A DNA stretch of 64,000 nt, taken from assembly GCA_044344255.1 (NCBI GenBank), contig JBIJDH010000018.1, positions 71,278 to 135,277 of the forward strand. Direction: 5' to 3'. A program made the position numbers and the translations under genes. Origin of the DNA: Myxococcota bacterium. GTDB taxonomy: Bacteria > Myxococcota_A > UBA796 > UBA2385. Positions 52,152-61,067 of the stretch are shown here, in pieces. The notes below the pieces were generated by a model, which saw only the letters and a program-made list of their open reading frames with translations, was not told where the DNA came from and ran no database searches. Positions within the stretch are counted from its first letter, which is position 1. Each line of letters begins with the position of its first letter.

Positions 52152-52262
52152 ATGAACGCCCCCATCAAGCCTGTCTTCGCCTCCTCCTCCCGCGTCTCTG
52201 TCACCGTCAAGACCGGCCTCCGCGCTGGCCGCGCCCTCGAGGAGGGACAGAAGCGCGGCTGA
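52152..52262 (+). CDS. Possible small protein/peptide (36 aa)
   Basis: GGAG lies 6 nt before the ATG. Translation is MNAPIKPVFASSSRVSVTVKTGLRAGRALEEGQKRG. Nearly all codons end in G/C, as in the genuine genes here. TGA at 52260-52262. Confidence 0.3.
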   Translation: MNAPIKPVFASSSRVSVTVKTGLRAGRALEEGQKRG

Positions 52263-52335
52263 GGGACAGAGACGGAGCGGGTCGATTCGGCCCGCTCCGA
52301 CTGTTTACCCGTCCTCATTCTCCCTCTCCCCGCCC

Positions 52336-52358
52336 CCCTATTCGGGGATGACGGGGGG
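52336..52358. repeat. Copy 2 of the direct repeat CCCTATTCGGGGATGAYGGGGGG
   Basis: CCCTATTCGGGGATGACGGGGGG, 22/23 identical to copy 1 and in the same orientation, 1112 nt away. Confidence 0.8.
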
Positions 52359-52578
52359 ACGGCGGAGTCTCGGACGAGCGCGTCCCAGGCCTCCTTCGCC
52401 ACATTGGGGTCGAGCTTCAGCTCCTTCTCGACCTCCATCCGGTTGATCTTCTTGAGCTCTGCATAGAGGTCCTCGATGTCATCGAGGTGATCGGTGACCG
52501 CATTGAGCGCCTTCTTCGCGTTGACCAGGCCTCCAGCGCCTTTCGTTCCCGCTCGGCGATCTCCTCGAGGTCTTTCAT
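52338..52578 (-). pseudogene. Small coiled-coil ORF (~80 aa) interrupted by two 1-nt frame changes at homopolymer runs (pseudogene or assembly error)
   Basis: Coding-like codon usage jumps between frames: MKDLEEIAERERKALEA | LVNAKKALNAVTDHLDDIEDLYAELKKINRMEVEKELKLDPNVAKEAWDALVRDSAVPP | VIPE-stop. The shifts occur at GGCC(C)TGG and at a C6 run. Confidence 0.35.
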
Positions 52579-52754
52579 CCCGGAAACGGGCTGGGCCCTT
52601 CGGTGATGGTGGGGACTACGGCAGGGAAGCGGGCCCGAATTTCGCTGAGCTCTGGCAGGAGGAACCTCCGCCGCCGACGCACCGTGTTCAGGCGGCGGTG
52701 CAAGGAGGTGGACGGAGGTGCAAGGAACAGCCGCCCCGTGAGGAGGGCGCGCGT

Positions 52755-54218
52755 CTACCGGTCGGAGACCCCGCGTCGGCCCCGGAGGCCGATCAGGACC
52801 AAGGAGAGGCCGAGCGCGAGCCGGCCCCACGCTCCACCCTCTGTCGGGCTCGCCGACGGGGCGGTGGAGCAGCCCTCCTTCGGCGCCCGGGTGACCTCGC
52901 CGCTGGCCTCCTCGGCTCCGCCGCCAGCCCCTTCGCCTTCGCCTTCGCCTTCGCCCTCGCCCTCGCCGCCGCCGTCGTCACCCGCGTCGGGGCTCACGCA
53001 ACCGGCGGCGGGGTCACAGACAAGGCCCGCGGAGACACAGTCGGTCTCGGCGTAGGCGCCGTCGGTGCAGGCGGCGTAGGCGCCGCTGTCGGTGCAGAAG
53101 CCCGAGTGGGGCCCGGCGGCGCAGCGGGCGTCCATGCAGCCGGCGCCCAGCGTGTCGGTGCCGCAGACGAGGCCGAAGGCGGCGCAGTCTCCCGTCCCAT
53201 AGACCCCGTCGTTGCAGGTGGCGATCTGGGTGGCGTCCAGGCACTCGGCGCCGAGCCCGTCGCCGCCCGGGCAGCGGGGATCGACGCAGAAGGCCCAGTC
53301 GCCGTCCTCCTGGCAGGCGAGGCCGTAATACCCGCAGTCGCCCGTGCTCTGGGGCTGGCCGCCCTCGCAGGCCGAGAGGACGGTGCCGTCGCACCAGCGG
53401 CCGTTCGCCACCGGACAGGCGCTGTCGACCGCGCTGTGAAAGGTGACGCCGAAGTGATTGGAGACGGTGCGGAGGCTGCCGTCGGAGGGGTCATTGAGGA
53501 CAGACCCGTCGAGCACGAGCGTGCTGCTCCCGCCGCCGTCCAGCATCACGCCGTCCCAACAGCCGAGCTCTACCATGAGGTCGCGCACCTCGTCGCAGGT
53601 CATCCCGTCCGAGCTCGAGCTCCGCCCGTCGATGACCATCATCCAGATGTGCTGGCCGTCGGCCTCGACACACATGGCGCTGCGGGGGTTACGCACGGAG
53701 TCAAAGCAGCCCGAGCTCTTCACGCCGTCATTGACCATCTGGATGCCGTTGGCGCCGGTCGCCTGATAAAACCGATAGGGCGCGAGGGTGGGGGTGCTGA
53801 ACCACCAGGCGCTGTCGAGGGGCAGCTCGACGCCGAGGCTGCACTGCTTCGTGATGGTACAGGCCACATATCCCCAGGTGCCGCCGAGGGTGTCATCGTG
53901 GATGTGGTCGTGCCACTGGGCGCCATTCGAGATGGCGAGGCCCACCGGCGTGGTGCCGTCTGACCAGTCGGAGTTGATGGCGAGGGTCGCGCCCGTGTTC
54001 ACGGCGAAGGTCTTGGTGTTGACCTTCCGCTCGACCCCGATCTCGTCCGAGGAGGCGTGGAGCTGCACCGTGGGCAAGGAGAGGTCGATGCGCGCCGCCC
54101 AGATGTCCCAGGGCTCCGCCGTGGTGCGGTGGAGGAGGTCGAGGCCTGCGTGGGGCGTGGTCCAGGTGTCGGTGGCCTGGGCGCTCTGGACGAAGGTGAG
54201 GGCGAGGAGGGCGAGCAT
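52755..54218 (-). CDS. Phosphodiester glycosidase (NAGPA/DUF2233-like) surface protein with Cys-rich stalk, (GE)n linker and MYXO-CTERM-like tail
   Basis: LAINSDW, WMMVIDGRS, VMLDGGGSSTLV (NAGPA hallmark). A Cys-rich repeat region follows, then GEGEGEGEGEGEG (hexanucleotide repeat ~52930-52966). The tail is EGCSTAPSAS...LALGLSLVLIGLRGRRG. Confidence 0.8.
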   Translation of the reverse strand: MLALLALTFVQSAQATDTWTTPHAGLDLLHRTTAEPWDIWAARIDLSLPTVQLHASSDEIGVERKVNTKTFAVNTGATLAINSDWSDGTTPVGLAISNGAQWHDHIHDDTLGGTWGYVACTITKQCSLGVELPLDSAWWFSTPTLAPYRFYQATGANGIQMVNDGVKSSGCFDSVRNPRSAMCVEADGQHIWMMVIDGRSSSSDGMTCDEVRDLMVELGCWDGVMLDGGGSSTLVLDGSVLNDPSDGSLRTVSNHFGVTFHSAVDSACPVANGRWCDGTVLSACEGGQPQSTGDCGYYGLACQEDGDWAFCVDPRCPGGDGLGAECLDATQIATCNDGVYGTGDCAAFGLVCGTDTLGAGCMDARCAAGPHSGFCTDSGAYAACTDGAYAETDCVSAGLVCDPAAGCVSPDAGDDGGGEGEGEGEGEGEGAGGGAEEASGEVTRAPKEGCSTAPSASPTEGGAWGRLALGLSLVLIGLRGRRGVSDR

Positions 54219-54328
54219 GGCGGGAGGGTAGCACGGGCGCGCCGGGGCGCTCGGCGACCGGGTGGCGCCGCTCCCGGTCGCCCGGTGCCCGGGTCCGGGC
54301 TAGGTGGACGGACGCAAGGAGTTCCGTG

Positions 54329-57300
54329 ATGCCTGATCTCCGCCTCGGTACCTGCTCCTCGGACCTCCTCCACTTCACCTTCGAGCGCCTCGAAGACGCG
54401 CTCCGCCTCTTCCTCGTCAACGCCGACGAGTCGGGCTCGATGGGCGGGCGCACGCACGAGAACGTGCGGGCTTACGAGGCGGTGGCGGCCAGCCTCGGCG
54501 GCAAGGCGGACATCGTCATCCTCCACGGCTTCGCCTCGGACAGCGACTATGAGGTCATCCTCAGCGCCGCGGCCCAGGCCCGCCTGCCGGGCATCGGGGC
54601 GATCATCCCCACCGGGCGCGGCAAGGTCCTGTCGGCGGAGGGGCCGGAGGCGGTCATTCGGCTGGGGCGGGACACGCTCGCGCGCCACGCGGCGCGGGGC
54701 TCGACCAACCCGGCCTCGCACCCGCAGCTCCTCCGCGCCCTGGCCGCCCTGCTGGACAAGCTCGACGGCGAGCTCGAGCTCGTGGTCCTCAACAGCTCGG
54801 ACGGCGGCTTCGACGGCGGTCCCCGCAGCGCGCTCACCCAGCAGATCGAGGCGGCGATGCGCCTCGTCACGGCCCGCTCCCGCTGCCTGCTCGCCGCCAA
54901 TGTGCTCGTGGGCTCGGCGGGGAGCCCAGACGCCCTCGGCTTCTTCACGGGAGACAGCGAGAAGTACGACAACCGCTTGCTCTTCTCCACCCTCGCCGCC
55001 GCGCCGGGCGTGCTCCTCCTCTCGGACTTTGACCCCAGCACGGTGCAGGTGGGGGCGAATGACTCCGTCCAGCACACGATCTCCCCGGCGCTGCCGATCT
55101 GGCGGGTCACGGAGGGGGACGCGCTCGTCACCTGGGCCCCCGAGGGTGCGGCGGCCTCCCCGCGCACCGCCGTGGTGCGGCGCATCCTCCCCAAGCCGGG
55201 CGGCCGGCGGATGGTGATGCGGGCCGAGGTCAGCCTGAACCCGCGGGACGTGACCCTCGACCGAGACGGGGTCGAGGTCTTTGACCTCATCGCCCGCAGC
55301 CTGTCGGACAACCCCTATCTGCGAGAGGCCTCGCGGGCGGCGCTCAATGGGCTCATCGCCCCCCTCGAGGCCCTGCTCGGCACCCGGGACGCCGTGCTCG
55401 CCATGCTGGTGGCGAGCCCCGCCGACCTCTCGCGCGAGGGCGCCCTCGTGGAGCAGATCGCGGCCAACACCCGGGCCATCCGAGCGGTGGTCGACGCGCC
55501 AGAGCTCAGCCCGCACGCGCGGGCGAGCCGCTGCAACGCGCTGAACAACGCCCGCCGCCTGCTCAAGGCGGAGCTCCGACAGGCCCGAGAGTCGATGCAG
55601 CAGGCGGCGCTCGAGCGGGAGCTCGGCTTCTATGAGGCGCACCCCAACCACTGGCTGCTCTGGCTGCAGCCGGCGATTGACCGCCTGAAGGAGCAGCTCG
55701 GCGCCACGCAGGTCGATCCCGGCGACAAGATGGCCCACCTCTCCACCCGCATCCGCACGGCGAAGTCCGCGGCGGACGGGCGCGCCCGGGCGGCCGACCG
55801 CTTCGTCGACAAGCTGCTCGCCGAGTCCCGCGCGCGGAGAGACCGCCTGTCTCGGGTGGCCGACCCGCGCGACGCGGTCCCCTTCGAGGCGCCCGGCGCC
55901 TGGCTCACCGCGGCCTGCCCCGTGAGCGGCCTGTCGCTCACGCGCGGGCTCGCGGCCATCCCCTTCGTCGCCGATCGGAGTGACCTCACGAGCGGCAACA
56001 TCATGTCCGGCGGACAGAACGTCGACCGCATGCCGATCGACGACGGGCCGCTGCTCTCGCTCTCCGCGGTGCGGGAGCTCATGTGGGGGGAGCTCGGCCA
56101 GATGGCCTCCCCCTATACGAACGGCGCCGCCTGGTACAACGCCGCCATCCCCGTGCTGCTGGGCCCCGCCACCCCCGAGTCCATGCGAGAGCTCGAGCGG
56201 GCGCTCGGCTGGCTCTCCACGGGCACCTCGGCCTTCGTGCCGGTCATGGCCGAGGCCATCCCGGGCGCCCTCGCCGTGCTCCTCGGCGATCCCGCCGACG
56301 GCCCCAACCGGAGCCCGACCGTCCAGGCCCTCCTGCGCACCTCCGCCCTCCTCCCCCGCTACCGGTCCTATCCCTATGTGCCGGGGACGGCGGTCTTCGA
56401 CGAGGCGGCCCCGATGTTGTCGCTCACCCAGGTCTGGGCGCAGAGCCTCGACGCGGCGGGGGGCGCGGCCTGTCTCCAGAGCCTCGGCTGTATCACCTCG
56501 CTCTTCGGCCGGGCGGTCGCCGCCGATCAGGCCGACGCCGCCGTCGTCGCCGATGACCTCTTCGCCTGGGCCTGTCGGAACATCGCCCGCGGCGTGCTGG
56601 GCGCAGGCGGTGTCGATGGGCGCGGCGGGGTTGAGGGCATCCGCCGCCTCGCCGCGGCGCTGTTTGTGCGCGTGGAGCTCGCGGGGCACCCCCTCGGCGG
56701 TGGGCCCGCCGTGGAGCTGGCCGTGGCGCCGACCGACCGCGCCCCCGAGGGGCTCGGCCTCCGCGCCGATGACGACGGCGAGTGGCTCGTGGGCCCCACC
56801 CTGTCCTGGGTGCTCGGGCCGGCGGCCGCCGGCTGGACCCTCGGGCCCGTGCTCCGTGCGGGCTTCACCGACGCGCTCAACGCCCACCTCTCGGCCCTGT
56901 CGGGATCGGCCCAGACCGAGGTGATCCTGGCGCTCGACGGGATCTTCCACCGCCTCGACAGCCTCACCGCTTCCACCCTCAATCGGCCGACCGAGTCCCC
57001 GGAGCTGCGGGAGGCCCAGGCGGCGAAGGCGCCCGCGGGCTCGACGCTATCGGGACAGACCCACCCCGGCTTCGACGACGCCGCGGCCCTCGAGGCCCTC
57101 CGCCCGCGGCGCCTGTCCACGCCGGTCCCCCCGCTCACGAGCCCCCTCGCCCAGGCGCGGCGGATGACCAAGGCCGGAGAGACCACCTGGCTCCCGCCCG
57201 CGGACGCCGGCCTGTCGCTCAACCCGAGCGCCCTGTCCTATTTCGAGGGCCACACGGCGCTCTATCCGCTCCGCGCCTGGCTCCGCCTCGTCGAGGCCGG

Positions 57301-58117
57301 GCTGGTCGGGCAGCCGGCCCTGCAGGCCCTCCGCGCGAGCGAGGCGGCGCCGCTCATCCCGGCCCTGCCCGCGGTCCTGCCGCGGCTGGCCTCGCTCCTC
57401 GGCGGGATGGACGCCGTGCTGCTGCAGCTCCGCCGGGCCTTCGCCTTCGTGCTCACCCACGCGCACGGCTACGCCGACAGTCAGTGGGCCACCTCCCCGC
57501 TGCGCACCGCCACCGCCGAGGCGGTCGACGCCGTGCTCGGGGCGCCCACTCCGCCGGTCGCCTCGCCGCGCGCCTATGGCGCGGCCGACCACCTCGACCT
57601 GTCGGTGGGCGACGACTGGCCGAAGATGGACGCGCGGGGCTACCTGCCAAAGGCGCAGGCGATTGGCCGCACCGGCGCCCCCCTCCTGCCGCCGCCTCGC
57701 CTCGGCCCCGAGGCCCTCGGCCTCTCCGATGTGTTGCTCGTGCAGGCGGGCTGCGCGGCGATGCTCAGCGACCTCGCCGCCAGCGGGCTCAGCAACGTCT
57801 TCGGCGGCCTCCATCGCGGGGCCCGCCGGCTGCTCGGGGAGCAGGCGATTGACCTCCGCGCGCTGCCCGAGGCGGAGCGCCACCGGCTCATCCTCGAGGA
57901 GCTCGCCCCCAAGCTCGCTGGCTGGGTGCGGGGCGACCCCGCCCACCCGCAGTTCTTCCCGGACTGTGTCAACATCCTCCACCAGCTCTGCGCGCTCGGG
58001 GTCGACACGCGCAGCTTCCGCGCCGACGAGCCCGCCGAGCTCATCGCCGCCGAGGCGAGGGCGCTCCGGGCCGGCCTGTCCGCGCTCACGGGGCCCGCTG
58101 CAGCCGGGTCTGAATGA
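54329..58117 (+). CDS. Large (1262 aa) cytoplasmic protein with N-terminal vWA domain; remainder unassigned
   Basis: LFLVNADESGSMGG carries the MIDAS D-x-S-x-S motif. No signal peptide or TM helix. AAGGAG lies 7 nt before the ATG at 54329. GC3 is coding-like throughout. Confidence 0.75.
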   Translation: MPDLRLGTCSSDLLHFTFERLEDALRLFLVNADESGSMGGRTHENVRAYEAVAASLGGKADIVILHGFASDSDYEVILSAAAQARLPGIGAIIPTGRGKVLSAEGPEAVIRLGRDTLARHAARGSTNPASHPQLLRALAALLDKLDGELELVVLNSSDGGFDGGPRSALTQQIEAAMRLVTARSRCLLAANVLVGSAGSPDALGFFTGDSEKYDNRLLFSTLAAAPGVLLLSDFDPSTVQVGANDSVQHTISPALPIWRVTEGDALVTWAPEGAAASPRTAVVRRILPKPGGRRMVMRAEVSLNPRDVTLDRDGVEVFDLIARSLSDNPYLREASRAALNGLIAPLEALLGTRDAVLAMLVASPADLSREGALVEQIAANTRAIRAVVDAPELSPHARASRCNALNNARRLLKAELRQARESMQQAALERELGFYEAHPNHWLLWLQPAIDRLKEQLGATQVDPGDKMAHLSTRIRTAKSAADGRARAADRFVDKLLAESRARRDRLSRVADPRDAVPFEAPGAWLTAACPVSGLSLTRGLAAIPFVADRSDLTSGNIMSGGQNVDRMPIDDGPLLSLSAVRELMWGELGQMASPYTNGAAWYNAAIPVLLGPATPESMRELERALGWLSTGTSAFVPVMAEAIPGALAVLLGDPADGPNRSPTVQALLRTSALLPRYRSYPYVPGTAVFDEAAPMLSLTQVWAQSLDAAGGAACLQSLGCITSLFGRAVAADQADAAVVADDLFAWACRNIARGVLGAGGVDGRGGVEGIRRLAAALFVRVELAGHPLGGGPAVELAVAPTDRAPEGLGLRADDDGEWLVGPTLSWVLGPAAAGWTLGPVLRAGFTDALNAHLSALSGSAQTEVILALDGIFHRLDSLTASTLNRPTESPELREAQAAKAPAGSTLSGQTHPGFDDAAALEALRPRRLSTPVPPLTSPLAQARRMTKAGETTWLPPADAGLSLNPSALSYFEGHTALYPLRAWLRLVEAGLVGQPALQALRASEAAPLIPALPAVLPRLASLLGGMDAVLLQLRRAFAFVLTHAHGYADSQWATSPLRTATAEAVDAVLGAPTPPVASPRAYGAADHLDLSVGDDWPKMDARGYLPKAQAIGRTGAPLLPPPRLGPEALGLSDVLLVQAGCAAMLSDLAASGLSNVFGGLHRGARRLLGEQAIDLRALPEAERHRLILEELAPKLAGWVRGDPAHPQFFPDCVNILHQLCALGVDTRSFRADEPAELIAAEARALRAGLSALTGPAAAGSE

Positions 58118-58424
58118 CCTCCTGGGCGCCGAGCCGGGGGGCCAGGGCGGTCCAGATCTGCTCGGGCTCCATCCCGGGGTGACAGAGCAGCACGTCGAGC
58201 AGGGCGAGGTGGTGTTCGGGCCAGGTCGAGAGCACGACGTGGCTCTCGGCGAGGATGTAGGCGACGGTGACACCGTGGGGCACGAAGCGGGTGACGAGCT
58301 CGCCCACGGGCTTCGCGCCCACGGCGAGGACGGCGCTGCGGAGGGCCTCGCCGAGGCCGACGGCGTCGTTCAGATCGCCCTCGCAGCGGCGGGCGTCGAC
58401 GAGGAGCTGGGTGATGTTCAACAA
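58086..58424 (-). CDS. speD: S-adenosylmethionine decarboxylase proenzyme, small class-1 (SpeD/SpeH-like)
   Basis: VTRFVPHGVTVAYILAESHVVLSTWPEHHLALLDVLLC parallels the F.P.GVSGVVVISESH..IHTWPE autoprocessing site of bacterial AdoMetDC. The TTG start overlaps the upstream stop (TTGTTGA). The 3' end overlaps the vWA gene by 32 nt. Confidence 0.75.
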   Translation of the reverse strand: MLNITQLLVDARRCEGDLNDAVGLGEALRSAVLAVGAKPVGELVTRFVPHGVTVAYILAESHVVLSTWPEHHLALLDVLLCHPGMEPEQIWTALAPRLGAQEVIQTRLQRAP

Positions 58425-59425
58425 GGCAGATCCAGGCTCCGGCGGAGGGGGCTCCCGGGGGGCATCTTCCAGATCCGGGCGTCGAGGAGGTAATGGGTGA
58501 CCTGGGGCACCGCGAGGAGCGGCGTGAGGGAGAGGAGGGGCTCCCCCAGGGCCTCTGCCAGGGCCGCCCAGCTCTCTTGCCAGACGAGCAGGTCCCAGAG
58601 GCCCTCCTCGACGAGCGCGAGGCTCACGGGGAGCAGGAGCCAGATCGGCCACCACCGATAGACCCAGGGGCGCAGCGGGCCCCGCCCAAGGGCCCACTGG
58701 CGGCTCCCCACGCGGTGTACGAGGGCGAGGTAGGAGAGGCCGTGGGGGAGCACGTTGGCGATGGTGAAGGCGCCGTCGCTGTTGGTCCAGACGATGGCGG
58801 TGAACCAGGACAGGCCGGTGCCGAGCAGCCAGAGGTCGCGGCCCCAGGCGAGGCGGCGGCTGCGCAGCCGGAGCCCGAGGTGGGTGAGGGCCAGGGCGGC
58901 GGTGAGCGCCCCGGCGGGCCAGAGGACCCACCCGGGCAGGGCGGGGAGGTCGCCCTCGGTGAACCAGGTGAAGGCCCGGGGGAGGTGGGTCATCCAATAG
59001 ACGAGGGGCAGCGCGCAGAGGGCCTCGGAGAGGCGGCGCTCCACCGCCCGCTCGAAGGGGGAGAGGCCGCCCGCCCGCGCCTGATAGAGCGCGAGGATGC
59101 CCGTCTGCTGGCGAATGAAATGAAAGATGGCCAGGGCGGCCAGCGCCGACCAGAAGCGCTCCGCCGCGAGGGCCCACAGCAGGCTGGCGCCGACCAGCGC
59201 GGCCAGGGCGCACTCGAGGAGGGTGCGCCGCGGGGCCGTGGGGTCGAGCGCGGTTCGATAGAGGCTCGACCAGGTGTGGGCCACGTCCACGCCGACGACG
59301 AGCAGCAGCCAGGCGCCCGTGGACAGGGTGAGGGAGGCGGGCCAGAGGGCGGCCAGGGCGGCGGCCCCGAAGGCCGGACCGACCATGAAGCACAGATCCC
59401 AGCGGGGAGAGACCAGCCACATCAT
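58418..59425 (-). CDS. Polytopic membrane protein of unknown function (335 aa)
   Basis: About 9 hydrophobic helices, Trp/Leu-rich. It lies between the FAD oxidase and AdoMetDC genes and is translationally coupled to the latter. Confidence 0.65.
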   Translation of the reverse strand: MMWLVSPRWDLCFMVGPAFGAAALAALWPASLTLSTGAWLLLVVGVDVAHTWSSLYRTALDPTAPRRTLLECALAALVGASLLWALAAERFWSALAALAIFHFIRQQTGILALYQARAGGLSPFERAVERRLSEALCALPLVYWMTHLPRAFTWFTEGDLPALPGWVLWPAGALTAALALTHLGLRLRSRRLAWGRDLWLLGTGLSWFTAIVWTNSDGAFTIANVLPHGLSYLALVHRVGSRQWALGRGPLRPWVYRWWPIWLLLPVSLALVEEGLWDLLVWQESWAALAEALGEPLLSLTPLLAVPQVTHYLLDARIWKMPPGSPLRRSLDLPC

Positions 59426-59456
59426 CGGTCGACGCTCGGGTGGCCGCCGGCCGCGC

Positions 59457-61067
59457 TCATCGCCAGACCTCGGTCAGGAGCCCGCGCGCGGCGAGCACCT
59501 CCTCGGCGGCGCGGACCCCGTGCTCGGCTGCCTCTTCGAAGAGGGAGAGGCCGGAGAGGTCGGTGTGGGCGAAAGACACGGCCCCGACCGGCGCCTGGAG
59601 GGCGGCGAGGCGCCCGTCGTGGAGGCCGGGGACGGGGCGGGCGGTGCCGTGGCCCCAGCGCCAGAGCTGGACGCCCAGGACGAGGTCGTCGATGTCGGGG
59701 TGCGGGCCGCGGAGCTCGGCGAGGACACGCTCGGCGTCGGCCTCGGGGTCGCCCTCGAGCAGGCGCCGCCGCTCCGCCCGCGGGTCCGGGCCGGTCAAGG
59801 GCTCGTACCAGGACAGGACCGCGCGGCCGGGGACCGCGTGGGTCTGGTGGCGGTTCTGCACGTAGCCGAGGCTGGAGGCGCCGTAGATCACGGTGTCCCA
59901 GGCGGGGTCCGAGCCCGCCCCGCGCGGCGGAGTGGTGACCTCGATCGCCGCGACCCGCCAGGGGGCCGCGTCTACCGCCGCCGGGCGGGGGGCGCCGAGG
60001 AGGCGACCGGCGACGGCCGTGGGCACGGCGAGCACGACCTGATCGGCCTGGATGGCGATGACGTCGCCTGCCTCCTCGACGACGAGGCGGGCGGGGGGCC
60101 CAGGCTCCACCGACCGCACCACCGCCCCGGCGCGCAGGGGATAGGGCGAGCGCGCCCGCAGCGCCTCCACCATCCAGCCGTTGCCGGCGGGCCAGGTGAG
60201 CACGTTCGTGGACAGGGCCAGGGCGGGGTCGGGCCGCCGCGCGCAGTGGTAGTGGAGCCCGGCCCAGGCGCTCGTGCCCTCGAGGGTGGTGCCGTAGTCG
60301 TCTCGACAGCCGTACTCCACCCACCAACGAAAGACTGGGTCTGTCCAGCCCTGGGTGTCGAGCCAGTCGGCGAAGGTGCGCGCCACGAGGGCGCGGGGGA
60401 CAGGGTCCCAGGAGCAGCCGTGGAGGGGGAGCGTGAAATAGGGCCGCCCGTCGGCGCCGACGGCGGCGCGGAGGCGGGCGACCTCGGCCTCGAAGTCTGT
60501 CCGCTGCGACAGGGCCTCGGCGCCGGCGATGCGGGAGGGCCAGAGCCCCTCGGTGAATCGGCCCCCGTTCCAGAGGCGCTCCTCGGGGGCGGCCACCACC
60601 GCGAGCTCGTCGTAGCGGGGCCGGCCGTCGGCGTCGAAGCCTTGAATGACACCGAGCTCGCGCAGCAGGCGGCGCATCACCCGCGCCTCGGGGTTCGGCA
60701 GGGTGAGGTAGTGCGCCCCCCAGGGGAAGGGGCCGCCGTGCCCCTCGCCGGAGCGCGCGGTCCCGCCGGCCTGGTCGGCGAGCTCGACCAGCACGACGTC
60801 GCGGAGGCCGGCGGCGGCGAGGCGCCAGGCGGCGGTGAGCCCGGCCACGCCCGCGCCGACGATGGCCACCGCCACGGACTGGTCGCGCCGCGGCGCCGGG
60901 GCGGGGCTCCACAGGCGGTGGCCGCGCTCGGCGTCGGGGCCGTCGGCGTAGGTGGCTGGGGGGCGGGCCGCGGGTCGGGCCCGCGGGGCGGCGCCGCAGC
61001 GCAGCGCGAGGAGGCCGGCGGCCCCCGCCTGGAGCACCCCGCGGCGTGAGGGGGGAGGCGACCTCAC
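59457..61067 (-). CDS. Tat-exported FAD-dependent (amine-oxidase-like) oxidoreductase
   Basis: The GTG at 61067 overlaps the speE-like stop (GTGA). Tat motif SRRGVLQAGAAGLLAL. Dinucleotide fold VAIVGAGVAGLTAAWRLAAAG...LVELADQAGG. Confidence 0.8.
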   Translation of the reverse strand: MRSPPPSRRGVLQAGAAGLLALRCGAAPRARPAARPPATYADGPDAERGHRLWSPAPAPRRDQSVAVAIVGAGVAGLTAAWRLAAAGLRDVVLVELADQAGGTARSGEGHGGPFPWGAHYLTLPNPEARVMRRLLRELGVIQGFDADGRPRYDELAVVAAPEERLWNGGRFTEGLWPSRIAGAEALSQRTDFEAEVARLRAAVGADGRPYFTLPLHGCSWDPVPRALVARTFADWLDTQGWTDPVFRWWVEYGCRDDYGTTLEGTSAWAGLHYHCARRPDPALALSTNVLTWPAGNGWMVEALRARSPYPLRAGAVVRSVEPGPPARLVVEEAGDVIAIQADQVVLAVPTAVAGRLLGAPRPAAVDAAPWRVAAIEVTTPPRGAGSDPAWDTVIYGASSLGYVQNRHQTHAVPGRAVLSWYEPLTGPDPRAERRRLLEGDPEADAERVLAELRGPHPDIDDLVLGVQLWRWGHGTARPVPGLHDGRLAALQAPVGAVSFAHTDLSGLSLFEEAAEHGVRAAEEVLAARGLLTEVWR

